From Schmidtea polychroa (lineage: Eukaryota), in NCBI GenBank assembly GCA_044892525.1, contig CM097885.1:28956001-29020000 (forward strand): a DNA stretch of 64,000 nt, in the 5' to 3' direction. Numbering within the stretch: position 1 is the first letter of the stretch; every line of letters begins with the position of its first letter. The translations under genes and the position numbers were made by a program. This document shows positions 1 through 12,550 of the stretch, one piece after another. The notes under the pieces are model-generated. The model saw nothing but the letters and a program-made list of their open reading frames with translations, had not been told where the DNA came from and did not search any database.

Positions 1-1038
1 TTATGGTTTTCAAGCTTTTTTAATAAATACTAATTTACTCTGTTTTATGTATTTAATTTAGTTATTATAAGAATATACTATATATATTATATATATTATA
101 ATATTATAAGAATTATATATTATAAGAATTATTATAAGAACATTTTTTTTAATTTTATTGATAAAAATTATTTTCTTAATTGAATAAAAGTTTACATATA
201 TTAATCAAGTGGTTGACTGCTCCAATAAAAATGTTGGTAGAAGAAAGATTACAATTCAAAATCCCAAGTAATAAAAATGTTGACAAATATATACAACAAA
301 ATTAAACAAGGAAATTAAGTCAAATGTTTAAATGAGAATTCATTTATTTTCTGAAAAGATTAAAACTTTTTTGAGAGTTTTTTGTAAATTATAGATGAGA
401 AGAATTTTGTCTAAAAACCAAAAGATCAAAGAATTATTAATTACTTTGTCGAATTTCAAGTAAACTCAATCTCAGCAGTGTTTTTTGTACTTATAAATAT
501 TATCTTATTTGCTGGTTATCATATTTTTATTAAACACTTATATATTTTTCAAAGAATAAATTATAATAGAGAAAATTATATATTTGAAATTATTTATAAG
601 TGATAATTAATAAACAATATTCAAACAGGAAATATATGTATCTATATATATATATATATTAATACGTAAAGAGAAAACTTTCTAACCTTTTTTAAAGCAT
701 ATAGTTAAAGTGTATATAGGCATAGTTAAAGTGTATATGGAGAAGGAGTGTAGAAAGGTAAAATTTATATGTAATGTTGGTTACAAATAAATTAAATTAA
801 ATTAAACATTTCACAATAAACTATTGATCGACTTCAAATGTTTCTTTATGTATTCAACAAAGTGAGTAGTGAACTCAATTGTTACTTTTTATTTCATAAG
901 TATTGCAGGAAATTAAGCCAAACAACTCACCTATTGACATATTTGTACACGCTCACAGTTGATGTAATAGAAATAAATTCAAAAAAATTATAAAACAATG
1001 TATATAGAGTATGCTCTTTGATAAAAAGACCTCAATAA

Positions 1039-1285
1039 CAGAGTCGTAGCTAGGGGGTGGTGAATAGGGCGACCACCCCGGGCGCCAAAACTGTGAAATG
1101 ATCATTTAAATTTTTTTGCATTTTCTTTCTTTTTTTCATATTAAATTTTTTTTTCTTAATTTGACTCTTCAAGACCAATTACATTCCTGTAAGTACATAA
1201 TTAATGGGAGCGGTGGATTCTTTTGGCACCAGGGGCGCCAAATTTCAATCTCGCCCGGGCGCCATTTTCCCTAGCTACTGCTCTG
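1039..1285. mobile_element. hAT-type MITE
   Basis: Imperfect 17 bp TIRs (CAGAGTCGTAGCTAGGG / CCCTAGCTACTGCTCTG) and a perfect 8 bp TSD CTCAATAA at 1031-1038 and 1286-1293. Confidence 0.85.
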
Positions 1286-3413
1286 CTCAATAACATTCAA
1301 ACTTACAAATTTAATGAATTACGGTCAAATTTCAACTACTGGGCGATCACTAGTATATATTAATTTCTGTTGTCATTAACTATTATAATTTCTGTTATAT
1401 TTTCTGTAGAAGTGCAAAACCGCAGTTTTTTTGAAACTATAATAACGTTGCTATTGGTATTTCATTATCATCACAAAAATGATCAACGGGTAAATTTAGT
1501 TCAACAGCTTCGGATGATGAATATAAATGTGTTAAATTCGCTTAAAAATTTGAAATAGAGTTGAGATGTGCATTTGAACAGCAACATCAGGATATATTCT
1601 CGAACCACTTGATAAGGTTTCATAAATTTTCATATTGTAAGATTTAGGATCACTAGAGTCCAGAATGAGACCCGAGGAACAATTTTAAGCGTACAGAGAA
1701 ATATCTGCTTGAATTGAAACATACATAATTGTTATTCCCGTAAACATTTTCATTGTCATTATCATCAAATCTTTCATTGGTGCAATAAATGTCTCCAACA
1801 TAATTTGAGCCATGGATCCTCTGTCAGTTTTGGGAACATTGAAAAGAAGAAATTGTCTCACCATATATGGTTAAGATACAAATACCGTGTCTCTCTTCAA
1901 AGTTGAACAGTCATTCATCATTTTCAACAAACTCTTCATTGCACCTCATTTGAACATGGATCTCCTTGGCCTTCAATTGAAGAATTTCATTTAAGACAAT
2001 ATTTTTCAAATTTCGTTGTTATCAAAAACAAGAATACAATAATTTTCCAATTCATTGAATGAAACAGAAATAACCAATTTTGATTTATGTGAAGTTTTGT
2101 TTTTCGTTTTATTTAAAGACAATAAGGTTTTCAGCGAGTTCAAATGGTTAATGACCTTGTATCACTGATCCTGCAAGGTTTGAATGAAAGTCAATGTAGC
2201 ATGCGTGTGGTTAAGAATCAAATGAGTGAAGTTATTTCCACACTAAGAAATTGATTCAAGGTGCAGAATCTTTCCACTGACTATGGGAATTAGACTGTCA
2301 GTAGTAAGATTTGGCACACCTACTAGGAAAGTCCCTCTCGTTTCTCGCCAATACTCACATAATTCTAACCCATTACTTTAGACTCAATATTCTCCACAAT
2401 AAACTCACCACCTTTGATTTGATGATTAACTCTGAGCAAATTGGTAGTACAGAACTTTTGCAAATAATTATTCTCATCCTCAAAAGTTACATGTTAAATA
2501 TTAAGTTAATATTTCAGATTAATTTCAATAGGTTTAGACTCTAAATGTTAGAGTTATATACTGTAAAAGGCATTATAATCATATAAAACATCACTCATCG
2601 TTCTATTTTATTGCTCCTATGACCCACATTATATTTGTTTGTCTCTTTTTTGATTAAAAGGTTTCTATTAGAAAATAAATTTAAACTAAATTTATTCTGT
2701 TATGATATCCGAGTATCCGAATAATTGGTTAGAGGACATGGGCGTTTAAAAAAGACGAAATACCCGGGTTTGGGAACCCTTATTATTGCAGAAATGGTAA
2801 AAAAGAAATATATGAATTACCATATTTTCTTAATGAGAGTCATAATTCAGGAAGTCAAATATTCACAAAAAAGCCACTTTCGTTTCGACAAAAACAGATA
2901 TTGCATCGCCATTACTTTTGCTTTTCTGTGACACAAATTTGTATCTCATTCGATTTGTGACAAAATTTAGAATGAAAGTTTGCTGTATTTTTTCATCTGC
3001 TCATTTTATCACTTTTTATCACTTTCTTATATAGAATAACTTTGAGGTGATAGGATTATAAAAGAAAAGATCCAATATTTCCCATGTAAAACCATAAACA
3101 CTGTTTTCACAGTTCATGAGCTTCCATGATCAAAAGGATATTATTAATAAATTGTAATTATTTACAAATACAATATTTAATACAATATTAAATACAAAAT
3201 TTCAAATACGTATATTTTGCTTAATTGCTTGGCTTTAAAAAAATATAGGCTTGATGAAAATTTTCATTTAAGAAATTGATCAAAAAATAAGCAAAAAATG
3301 TTTAAAAATTTATTCGAATTAATAACTATCAGTAATGTTATTTATTTTTTGTTCATATTTGATCTGTTTTTATTTTCTTTTAAATGTCATTTATTATCCT
3401 TATGTCTATAGAT

Positions 3414-4153
3414 CATTGGTTCTTAATCGGAGTGTAAGACAATATAAATTATTTTTGCGATATTTGTAAATTATTTGAATTTTTTCGACGTCATCGGTGT
3501 ATTTTTTTTTGTTTGAAAACGGTTAGGTGTAGCGATGGTTGTCGTGAGGATTAGGCCGATTTTTACGTATAACACATCAAGCTTCTTTCATACTGTTAAC
3601 GAGAGTTTTTACGCGACCCAAGACCGCCAGTTGCCACCCGTCAAAATATATTTCTTCGATACTATGTTTGCGACTTGACAACACTGACTGTCAAACGTCA
3701 TTACAGTACAGTAGATTTTGCTGTGTTCACTGCTCTTTTCTTACTTTCTACTTGAGTACCATTGTTTGGGATGATCGACAGTTTGTCGTGAAACCACTTG
3801 AGGCGAGTACGTGTATGCAAAAAACCATTCGATTAGGAAAGTTACCTATCAATTTATTACACGCTTAATTGGTAAGTGACTTAAGCTCAAATATGATACG
3901 TTGATTACACAAACATAAGAATCGCTCCACGAGTATTATAACGAACAAGCAACAACAGTCTAGTCATTAATTAAATTAATATTGTTCTTAATTTGATGTA
4001 AAAATTCTATGTTTATTTTTAAATACACAATATATTTCGCAAAAAAATGTATATTTCTAAATTAAAAAGTCGAAACACATTTTTCAATTTGTTGCGGAAA
4101 CATATTTTCAAATTCGGAGGGGTGCGGCTCACTTAAAAGGTTAGGAACCACTG
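3414..4153 (+). mobile_element. Degenerate hAT (Buster/Charlie-like) non-autonomous element
   Basis: Ends CATTGGTTCTTAA / TTAGGAACCACTG, near-TSD CTATAGAT/CTATATAT, and an internal remnant ending in ...QQQSSH*, similar to Buster-type transposase C-termini. Confidence 0.55.
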
Positions 4154-4755
4154 CTATATATCAATGTTTTTCTTTTCATTTCTAAATCCAATTTTCACCA
4201 CGGTCTTTATTTATTGTTAAAAATTTAAGAGAGAATTAATCTGTTAAAATTTTTAAAACTTTTATATATATATATATATATATTCGAATATTTTTTCATC
4301 ATTTTAATTTTTATAATGAATGATTATTTTATTCAAATTAAGTGACCTTAATATTAACAAGGGGCCCTAAATTTAGACCTTAATGTTGTATGAAAAATAA
4401 ACTTACAAATCTTTGTTGAACGTGAACCGGTTCTCCGAACAAACTGTCATCAACAATTGATCGTCTATGTTGAACTCTATAGTTCTTCATTTTTGTATTA
4501 TCTATGCATATATAAATATATTTCATTAAATATTACCAAAATAGACTCCTAAAAATTACCTTATCGACAATGAAAACAATTATAAATTGAGATTATTTAT
4601 TAATGATATTATAAAACAAAATGTTATTTTATTTTCTATTTTCATTTATTTAATTTTTTAATTATTTCTATATTAAAAATTTCTTTTAGAATTTGTAATA
4701 CTTGTGAGAAATATTTTTTTAGTGTTAAAATTTGTTTTGTGTAAAAAACGAATAT

Positions 4756-4908
4756 ATAATTTCATCCCGTGTAATTTCGTCTCAGTGTAATTTCATCCTG
4801 TGTAATTTCATCTCAGTGTAATTTCATCCCGTGTAATTTCGTCTTGTGTAATTTCGTCTTGTGTAATTTCGTCTTGTGTAATTTCGTCTTGTGTAATTTT
4901 GTCATGTA
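4756..4908. repeat. Tandem repeat, 15-16 bp unit (GTGTAATTTCRTCY)
   Basis: About 10 directly visible copies; abuts the truncated 3' end of the retroelement. Confidence 0.9.
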
Positions 4909-5168
4909 ACCTTAATTTCTACTAACTTTAATATTTCCTTTTCCGCTCTCTTCAAACTTCTATTTTCTTTTCTTCGACCAACTGGCAATTATGTTTCTTT
5001 GCTGGTTCCTTTTATACTTGACCTGTCAATTGATTTTAATTCGTCAAGCCCTTCGTATCCAATTTCCCGGGCTTCCTCCTATCTCTTTCTCTCATTATTC
5101 TAATTTAATTTTTGTCGGCCGATCTAATTTCCCCTTTGATCTACCATTTAGGCTCTCCCAAGACGCTA

Positions 5169-5284
5169 GGGCTTTCCATTATCTCGGGCTTCCCATTATC
5201 TCGGGTTTTTCATTATCTCGGGTTTCCCATTAGCTCGGGTTCTCCATTAGCTCGGGTTTCCCATTAGCTCGGGCTTCCCATTAG
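5169..5284. repeat. 17 bp tandem repeat (GGGYTTYCCATTAKCTC) x ~7 in retroelement 3' region
   Basis: Directly visible copies. Confidence 0.9.
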
Positions 5285-5791
5285 TTAATTAATTTTTAAT
5301 TAATTTTTGTTTTTTTGTAATTTATTCTTTCTAGGGACCCCCCATTGATTTTATTTTATTATATTTGAACTCGTCTCATAATTTGGCATCCGCCCATACC
5401 AGTTTCCCCCGAAATTATTCAATTTTTGTTTTTTTGATTATTTTAATTAATCTCTTTGTATTTTAAATTTATTATTATGAATTTGGTGTTTTCATTGATT
5501 TTCACCTCAATTTTGTATCTCTTTTATTGAACCCCAACATTATATAATACTGATACCGCGCTTATATAAAGATATAAAATACTGTTACATAAATAATTAT
5601 AGTGTACTTACTTTTTACAATTTATATACAGTCATAATCCGTTTAAATGCGTAGGTTTGGAGGGCGCTGAGCATTCCAGGCCTCCACCCACTGTTCCTGA
5701 TTAATTTTACTTGGTTTTTCCACTCGATGCTGGAAATTTTTGATTCTGGTTATCTCTAGTTCTCCGCGATGCCGTCTGTCTTTGATTATTT

Positions 5792-8700
5792 TTATTGTCC
5801 CCCCCCCATTATGATCAAAAATGCCCCAGTTATTATTATTCCGCTGATCCACATCATTTGTTTTACGCTTATGATTTCTGATTTATCTTTGTTTGTGGTT
5901 GTTGATGTCGTCTCTGTATTTTTATGACTACCGCCTTTGCCATTTCCTTCTATCCTTCCTCGTATTCTTGCTATCTCCTCGTTCATACCTTCCTTTGCCA
6001 TTTTTTGTATTTTTTCCATTTCTTCTTCTGACACATAATTATCTTGATATTTCTCACTGGTTTTCTTGCGCTTTCCTTCCTCATCTTTTTCATAATTGCC
6101 TTTTCTTTTCTTCCCCCTTTTCCCTGGGTATCGTCGACATTCTCTTTCTGGACCGTTTCTCAGGATACAGACCGTATATTCCTTTGGCGGTTGTTGTTGC
6201 GTTACATATTGTAGGCAGTCTTCTCCTGGTCCTAGTCTTGAAATACAAACTTTGTGTTCTTTCCTTGGCTGAAGTTGTGTTATCACTATCTCACCTCCTT
6301 TACTCAGGTGTACCTCTTTCCATTTGACTTTTGTTATTTTCTTCCCGTTTCGATGTTGGTACGCTTCTTGTATTCCCACTTCTGTTATTGGTTCCGCATC
6401 TTCATTTTTTAACACTAGTCTCTGATACGCTCTAGACATGCATCTTCCAAATATACACCTTTCTTTTAGATCCCATTCCTCTTTTAAATCCCATTGTTGG
6501 TCTTGTACTCGTTTTTTCTTTTCTTGATTTAGTTCCTCTTCCTTGTTGTTGTTCTTTTCCGATTCTTTAGCTTCTTTTAACATTCTCATTCCTCCATGAG
6601 CTGTTATCATATCCACCATTGTTAGCACAATTATCATTAATATCATATTCGTCTCTATTTCCTTGTTGGTGAAAAGTAGGCATACCCTCTGTTTTTCATT
6701 GTTCGTCTTTCCCTCTTCCTTTGTTTGGTTTCTCGGTTTATTTTCCTCCTTTTTTACACTTGAGTCGTTATTCCTTTGATTATTTTCCTCTGATTTCTTT
6801 TCCTTTCTATCGTCGTTTCGCCCTTTTCTATCATTATCGTCGTCTCCATTATCTTTATCTCCCCCGCTGTCGTTTGAAATGTCGTCCTCGACATTTATAT
6901 CATTTATCAATCTGCGGTATGCTGTTAACACTCTGTTTCTCGCTAATTTTACTTCGAATTCGAACTCTTTTCTGCCTGTTGCCGCATGCCTCTTTCTATT
7001 CCATTTCTTGACTAATTCTCTCAATTGGATACGACGATGTTTTCCGATTTGCTTTTGTTCATTTTGATTTTGCGTGAATTTGAGGTCTTCCCGGTTTAAT
7101 ACGATCAGTATGATTTTAGGAGTTCCTCCTTTTGTCAGCGTATTTTTAACCATTGCGTTTTCTCCGCTTTCGTAGAACTCGTTGATATTGACTGCATATT
7201 TATTGCTTTGTGGTATTTTCCATGTTAACAGTAACTTCATGGCTTCTGAGTTTTTCCGGACTGTATTCCATTGGAACTGTGACGTGTTTTTACGGATATT
7301 TTCTACCTCAGTTTTTGTTGCATTTTTACAGATGAATCTGATCATTTCCAAATTTGGTTGTATTGTCGCCCAATCCATGGTGGAATTTCCTTCGTGTGAT
7401 ATTTCGTCAAGTCTTGATCCTGATTGATGTAGTATATGTAGTGTTTTCGGGTGTATATTTGTTATTGCTGCATACATCATTGCTGTTTCACCTTGTTCGT
7501 TTTTAGCGTTTGATTCTTCTCCTAAATCTCTGAGAATTCTTATGATTGTTATTGGTCGGTTTTCTTTTGCTGCTAATATTGCTTGCTGTAATGGTGTTCT
7601 TGAATCTTTTGTTGGTATAGTAAATGCTAGTGGTATGAATGTTTTTATTTTACTTATATCTAGGTTTGTGGTTTGATCTCTTGCGTAGTTGTGTACTGTC
7701 TTTATTATTTTCGCTAGTGTCGCTTCGTCAGATAAATCTCGCATTTCTTCGAAGAACACCTCTTTGGCTTTACGTATTACTATCACTTGATCTGAGTTCA
7801 TTTTCTTTGGTTTACTTACGGTTGTTATATCAGTTGTTATTTGATCGACTGGTTCCTCAGACTCTCTGATCACCACTTTCGTTGTTTTTGCCTTTTTTCT
7901 GTTGGAACTGTTAATGCGTTCCTCCGCCGTAAGAACTTGAATGATGCTTAGGTAGTTTTCGCGAATGTTATTCATGGTTTCCATCATATATAGAACACTC
8001 ACGGTTTCCCAAAATTTCACTTGTACTTCGTTGGTGAATTGAGATATGGATTTTTCGAAATTGCTAATTCGCTTCCCGATTAGTTGTTCGTCTTTGTGGT
8101 TTGAGAGCTTTATACCTCGTTGTAGTAGTTGATTTGGAATTTCAAACAGATGATGTCCTCTCATAGCTTCTCTCATCAAGGTATTTTCCCCTCTTGTAAA
8201 ATGTTCGTTTATGTCTATCATATAATCGTTTCTGATCGGGTTTCTCCACGAAATTAATATCCCAGTGATTGTTATCAATTTCTCCTTGATCGCTGCTAAT
8301 AATCCGTCGTACATGTTTCCTACTTCTCTGTTATCTTCGTATGACAATAGATCTAATAGGATTATGAATGCTTCAGTACTTTTCCCTTCGATTGCATGAT
8401 GTAGTGCATTTTTCTGATTATGATCTTGCGTGGTTATCTTTGACCCTGTCTCAAGTAATGCAGTAATAATATCTTTAGTTTTATTGCGATTTGCTGCTAT
8501 CATCAGTGGGGTGTAACCTCGATTGTTTTCTTGATCTGTCGAAATGTTACAGTCGTGAAACGCTTCGATTGTTTCCAGTATCTGTTCATTATTTCCAACT
8601 TTTAAGAGCTTGTGTAGTGGTGTGTCTCCGTAGTGATCTGTGATCGTGAACAATATAGGCCATTGGCTTTTAACTATTCTGAGTAATGGGTGTGTTCTTT

Positions 8701-11149
8701 CTCGATTCGCATAGTTTTCTATCATTGTTAGTAGACCTCCCAATATCTCGAAATCCAATTTATCTTTTGCCCATCCTGGTATTTTAACTTTTACCTCCTT
8801 TATAATTTTCTCGGCTTCTGATGGTTGTAGCCCCAATCGATTGCCTGTTGGTTCGTGTATCTGTTGTAACATGTTCATTCTATACGTTTGTGATCTTGTT
8901 GTTAACGTTCGCCCTTCCGGCTGACTAGTCGCAGTTTTCGGTATTGGTTTACATCGCACCACATTTACATATATCGGCCTTGTAAAAGGATTGTCTACTA
9001 ATCGTACTCTTACGTTAGTTTCTCCGACGAATAAAATCTCATACGGTCCTTTGCCGTTTCGTTGTAATTTCCTGGTGGTTCCGGGGATTAATTCTGGTGT
9101 TTCGATCATCACCCAATCGCCTGTTTGAAATGTATGTTGTTTAACGTTTTTCTTTCTATCATGCAAATCTTTGTAGCTTTCTTGATAAAACTTTATATTT
9201 AATCCTGCAGTTTCCCAGATTTCTTGCATTCTTTCTTTAAATTTTGTTACGTAGTCGTCTATTTCCATGTATTGGGATATTGGTGGTTGATACTCTAAAT
9301 CCATTGGCATATTGCATTCTCTGCCATACATCAACTTGAACGGACTCATCTTTGTGGATGCGTGAATTGACATCCTGTAGGCCATTAAACATAATTTTAT
9401 ATACTCATCCCAATCCCGTTGATGACGGTCGACATAATTTGATAACATTTGAATGAGCGTCCCGTTGAATCTTTCTGTCATGCCATTTGTTTGTGGATGG
9501 TACGGTGATGTTCTTAATTTTGCAATCTTGAAGTAGTTGGTTACTTCGCTCATTATTTCGCTCATGAAATTTGTTCCTTGATCAGTTAGTATCTGTTTAG
9601 GCGTTCCATATCGGCAACATATTTCCTTTACTAGTATTTTCGCTATTGTTTTTGCTTTCTGATCTGCCATAGCAAATGCCTCGGGGAATTTAGTCAAATA
9701 GTCCGTGATCACCAATATATAGATGTTTCCTCTGTCTGATTCTGGTAGTGGACCGACTACGTCCATTGATATCATTGTCATTGGTTCCGCTGGCACTGGC
9801 ATTGGCGTTAATGGTGCTTTCCATTTTGTTCCCGTATTTTTTCTTGTTGCGCAGGTTATACAATTTTTCACCCATTCTGTTACGTCTTCAGGTAACGTCG
9901 GCCAGAAGTATTTTTGTTTCATTCGAGCCAGCGTCTTTTTTGATGACATATGTCCTCCGAGTCTTCCGTCGTGGTATTGTGTTAACAAATCTTTACGTCT
10001 ATTCTCTGGGATACACATGAGTCTCTTTTCACCATCCATTATCAATAACCAATCTTTTTCTATTATATATCGGTGTCGGTGTTTATCCATATGCTCTTTC
10101 AACTTTTGATCTTTCTCATATACCTCCGCTTTCCCTGTTTTCACATATTCAATAATTTGCTTCAACTCCACATCTTCCTGTTGGTCTTTCCGTAATTGGC
10201 AAAAATCTAAATCTTCCGCTACCATCAGACATATCCGTTGCATTTCGTGATCTACTAAATCTGGAAAAATAAATCTTGACATGCAATCTGCATTGGCATT
10301 CGCTCTTCCCGCTTTGAATTTTATGAACGGCGAATATTCTTGCAACTGCATTGCCCATCGCATCAACCTGCTTGAAGCTTCTTTATGTTGTCCGAGCCAT
10401 ACTAATGGTTGATGGTCAGTGGTTATGCATATTTCGTGACCCCATAACAAATATCGAAAATGTTTAATCGCTTGTATTATGGCTAACGCTTCGCGCTCGG
10501 TTACGGAATAGTTTCTCTCATGCTTTTTAAACGTTCTGCTGTAATAGCCGATTACTCTTTCTTTTCCTTCCTCATCTAGTTGTCCTAGTATTGCTCCGGC
10601 TGCATACCCACTTGCATCTGTTGCTAGTAAGAACGGTTTCTTGAAATCCGGATGTACTAGTATTGGAGCTTCAATCAATTTATCTCGTAATGTCTCAAAT
10701 GCTTTTTGTTGTTCTGCACCCCAAATAAATGAAGTATCCTTTTTCACTAATTCCTGGATTGGTTTCGCAATACCTGCGTAGTTTTTAATGAATTTCCGAT
10801 AATATCCGCATAATCCGAGAAATTCTTGAACTTGGGTAACAGTTTTTGGTGCTGGACAGGTTTTTATTTTCTCTATATTTCTGGGATCTGGTTCTTTGCC
10901 TTTTGCTGACACTATGTGTCCCAAAAACGTGACTTTCTCTTTTGCCCAATCACATTTTGATGGTTTGAGTTTCAACTTCCATTGTCGTAATCGAATGAAC
11001 ACGTTTCTGATATCTTCCAAGTGTTGTTCATATGTTGCTGAATATATTAACAAATCATCAATATATACCATGCACTGCTTGATTCCGTGTGTGACAAAAT
11101 TCATACATCTTTGAAAGGACGCTGGAGCGTTGGTTAGTCCAAATGGCAT
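5792..11149 (-). CDS. pol: Pol C-terminal part: RT palm, RNase H, integrase, two ankyrin-repeat modules, membrane-anchored tail
   Basis: MPFGLTNAP, YIDD, LATDASG, H-x6-H/CxxC zinc motif, DVVGP, TDQGTNF, ERFNGTL, GPY, and ankyrin motifs GDTPLH, GYTPLMIAA, GETAMMYAA. Probably continues to 5643 through a frameshift in the C run near 5800. Confidence 0.93.
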   Translation of the reverse strand: MPFGLTNAPASFQRCMNFVTHGIKQCMVYIDDLLIYSATYEQHLEDIRNVFIRLRQWKLKLKPSKCDWAKEKVTFLGHIVSAKGKEPDPRNIEKIKTCPAPKTVTQVQEFLGLCGYYRKFIKNYAGIAKPIQELVKKDTSFIWGAEQQKAFETLRDKLIEAPILVHPDFKKPFLLATDASGYAAGAILGQLDEEGKERVIGYYSRTFKKHERNYSVTEREALAIIQAIKHFRYLLWGHEICITTDHQPLVWLGQHKEASSRLMRWAMQLQEYSPFIKFKAGRANANADCMSRFIFPDLVDHEMQRICLMVAEDLDFCQLRKDQQEDVELKQIIEYVKTGKAEVYEKDQKLKEHMDKHRHRYIIEKDWLLIMDGEKRLMCIPENRRKDLLTQYHDGRLGGHMSSKKTLARMKQKYFWPTLPEDVTEWVKNCITCATRKNTGTKWKAPLTPMPVPAEPMTMISMDVVGPLPESDRGNIYILVITDYLTKFPEAFAMADQKAKTIAKILVKEICCRYGTPKQILTDQGTNFMSEIMSEVTNYFKIAKLRTSPYHPQTNGMTERFNGTLIQMLSNYVDRHQRDWDEYIKLCLMAYRMSIHASTKMSPFKLMYGRECNMPMDLEYQPPISQYMEIDDYVTKFKERMQEIWETAGLNIKFYQESYKDLHDRKKNVKQHTFQTGDWVMIETPELIPGTTRKLQRNGKGPYEILFVGETNVRVRLVDNPFTRPIYVNVVRCKPIPKTATSQPEGRTLTTRSQTYRMNMLQQIHEPTGNRLGLQPSEAEKIIKEVKVKIPGWAKDKLDFEILGGLLTMIENYANRERTHPLLRIVKSQWPILFTITDHYGDTPLHKLLKVGNNEQILETIEAFHDCNISTDQENNRGYTPLMIAANRNKTKDIITALLETGSKITTQDHNQKNALHHAIEGKSTEAFIILLDLLSYEDNREVGNMYDGLLAAIKEKLITITGILISWRNPIRNDYMIDINEHFTRGENTLMREAMRGHHLFEIPNQLLQRGIKLSNHKDEQLIGKRISNFEKSISQFTNEVQVKFWETVSVLYMMETMNNIRENYLSIIQVLTAEERINSSNRKKAKTTKVVIRESEEPVDQITTDITTVSKPKKMNSDQVIVIRKAKEVFFEEMRDLSDEATLAKIIKTVHNYARDQTTNLDISKIKTFIPLAFTIPTKDSRTPLQQAILAAKENRPITIIRILRDLGEESNAKNEQGETAMMYAAITNIHPKTLHILHQSGSRLDEISHEGNSTMDWATIQPNLEMIRFICKNATKTEVENIRKNTSQFQWNTVRKNSEAMKLLLTWKIPQSNKYAVNINEFYESGENAMVKNTLTKGGTPKIILIVLNREDLKFTQNQNEQKQIGKHRRIQLRELVKKWNRKRHAATGRKEFEFEVKLARNRVLTAYRRLINDINVEDDISNDSGGDKDNGDDDNDRKGRNDDRKEKKSEENNQRNNDSSVKKEENKPRNQTKEEGKTNNEKQRVCLLFTNKEIETNMILMIIVLTMVDMITAHGGMRMLKEAKESEKNNNKEEELNQEKKKRVQDQQWDLKEEWDLKERCIFGRCMSRAYQRLVLKNEDAEPITEVGIQEAYQHRNGKKITKVKWKEVHLSKGGEIVITQLQPRKEHKVCISRLGPGEDCLQYVTQQQPPKEYTVCILRNGPERECRRYPGKRGKKRKGNYEKDEEGKRKKTSEKYQDNYVSEEEMEKIQKMAKEGMNEEIARIRGRIEGNGKGGSHKNTETTSTTTNKDKSEIISVKQMMWISGIIITGAFLIIMGGGQ

Positions 11150-11170
11150 TTTCCTGAATTGATATAGATC

Positions 11171-12550
11171 TCAGCCCAATGTAAATGCTGTTTTCTCTTT
11201 GTCTTCCTCTTTGACCTTGATCTGCCAATATCCGCTTTTCAGATCTAAAGCCGTAAAATATGCGGCCCCTTGTAACATAAGTAACATCTCATTGATATCT
11301 GGTAGCGGGTATGTGTCTCTTTTCGTTACCGCATTTAGTTTCCGATAATCGATACAGAATCTCTGAGTACCGTCTTTTTTCTTCACCATAACTACTGGAA
11401 ATTGCCATGGTGAACAACTTGGTTCTATTACTTGTGCATCTAGCATCTTTTGCACTTCTGCTTCAGCTATTTCTTTTTGCTTTTCCGCTAGTTTATATGG
11501 ACGTAATGCGATTGGAGTTTCGTCTATCAACGGTATTGCGTGTAAAGTAACATCGCATGCTCCCAAATCTAAATCTGAAATTGCGAATATATCTTTATAT
11601 TCTATCAATAATTGCTGAAGTTTTCCCTTTTCATTCTCTGTTAGCAAGGTACTATCGATTGTCCATAATTCGTCAGCCTTGATTGGTTCGTCGGTGACTT
11701 TTGGTAATTCAATTTCCATCATCGGTGTTAATCTACCCAATCTTTCATTCTCATATATGATCTTATCTTCTTCCTCGAAATTCGTGATGTTAATTGGTAT
11801 TTCTCCTTCTCCATTGATTGTTATTATTTCCCTTGCTAATGGTAATTCTCGTCTTTTTTCGAATGATTTGCTTGGTTCGAATATGGCTTCTCCTTCCATT
11901 CCTGCGTCTACTTTTATTTGACATATCATTTGCGACTTTGCTGGTACAATTATTCTCTCCGGACATCTAATTGTTGCATTCATCTTACATATTCTACCCA
12001 TTTTATCTTTCAGACACATTGTTGTTAGATCTATTACTACTTCCTTGAACAATTCGGGCATCAAATCTGTTCCGGTGATGCATGGTTCGCTAAGTTTCGG
12101 TATTACAGCTAAATAGGTTTCGATTTCATTATCTTGATATCGTAACGTGGTCCACCATCTTCCTACTACGTCTACGGTTTCTTTGCTGCATGCGATGATG
12201 TGGATCGTTGTTTGCTCAATATCCTTCCAATACTTACTTGGTATTTGGTTTATTGCTATCGCTGATACGTTTGCTCCTGTATCTATCATTGCGCTTGTCT
12301 CTTTTCCGTTGATTTGGATCATGACTGTGACTGCTGCGCCTCCTGGTGAACTCATTACTGCTATTGTTCTCACATCATCCGCTTGATCTACACTTTTGGT
12401 TCTTCTAGTTGGCATATAATGCATCCTGGTTGACTTGGTAGCTGTGGATACATATTTTGTGTCATGGTCAAAGCTGTTTGTTGTCCAACGATATCCGGTG
12501 ATATATAACTCCCGTTGGCGATCCAGGTGTTTGTCTTTTCCTTTTCCCAA
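11171..12550 (-). pseudogene. pol: Retropepsin protease, spacer and RT N-terminus (separated from the rest of pol by one in-frame TGA)
   Basis: IDTGA, SPWQFPVVMVKKKDG, RFCIDYRKLN, LDLKSGYWQ. TLG*DLYQFRK-MPFG reads in frame into the 11149 ORF. The relevant coding part starts near 12400. Confidence 0.9.

Noticed and set aside
1560..2330. Possible Penelope/RT remnant on the minus strand
   Set aside because: Only scattered degenerate motif fragments; too decayed to support a call.
4756..5284. CRISPR-like arrays
   Set aside because: Head-to-tail tandem repeats without unique spacers, in a eukaryotic context with no cas genes.
5530..5540. CCCCAACA as the start of a 3' LTR
   Set aside because: Adjacent sequence does not match the LTR start at 42354 and there is no PPT beside it.
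11150..11173. Programmed readthrough at the TGA inside RT
   Set aside because: It falls within the conserved RT core and the copy has several other lesions; simple nonsense mutation is more likely.
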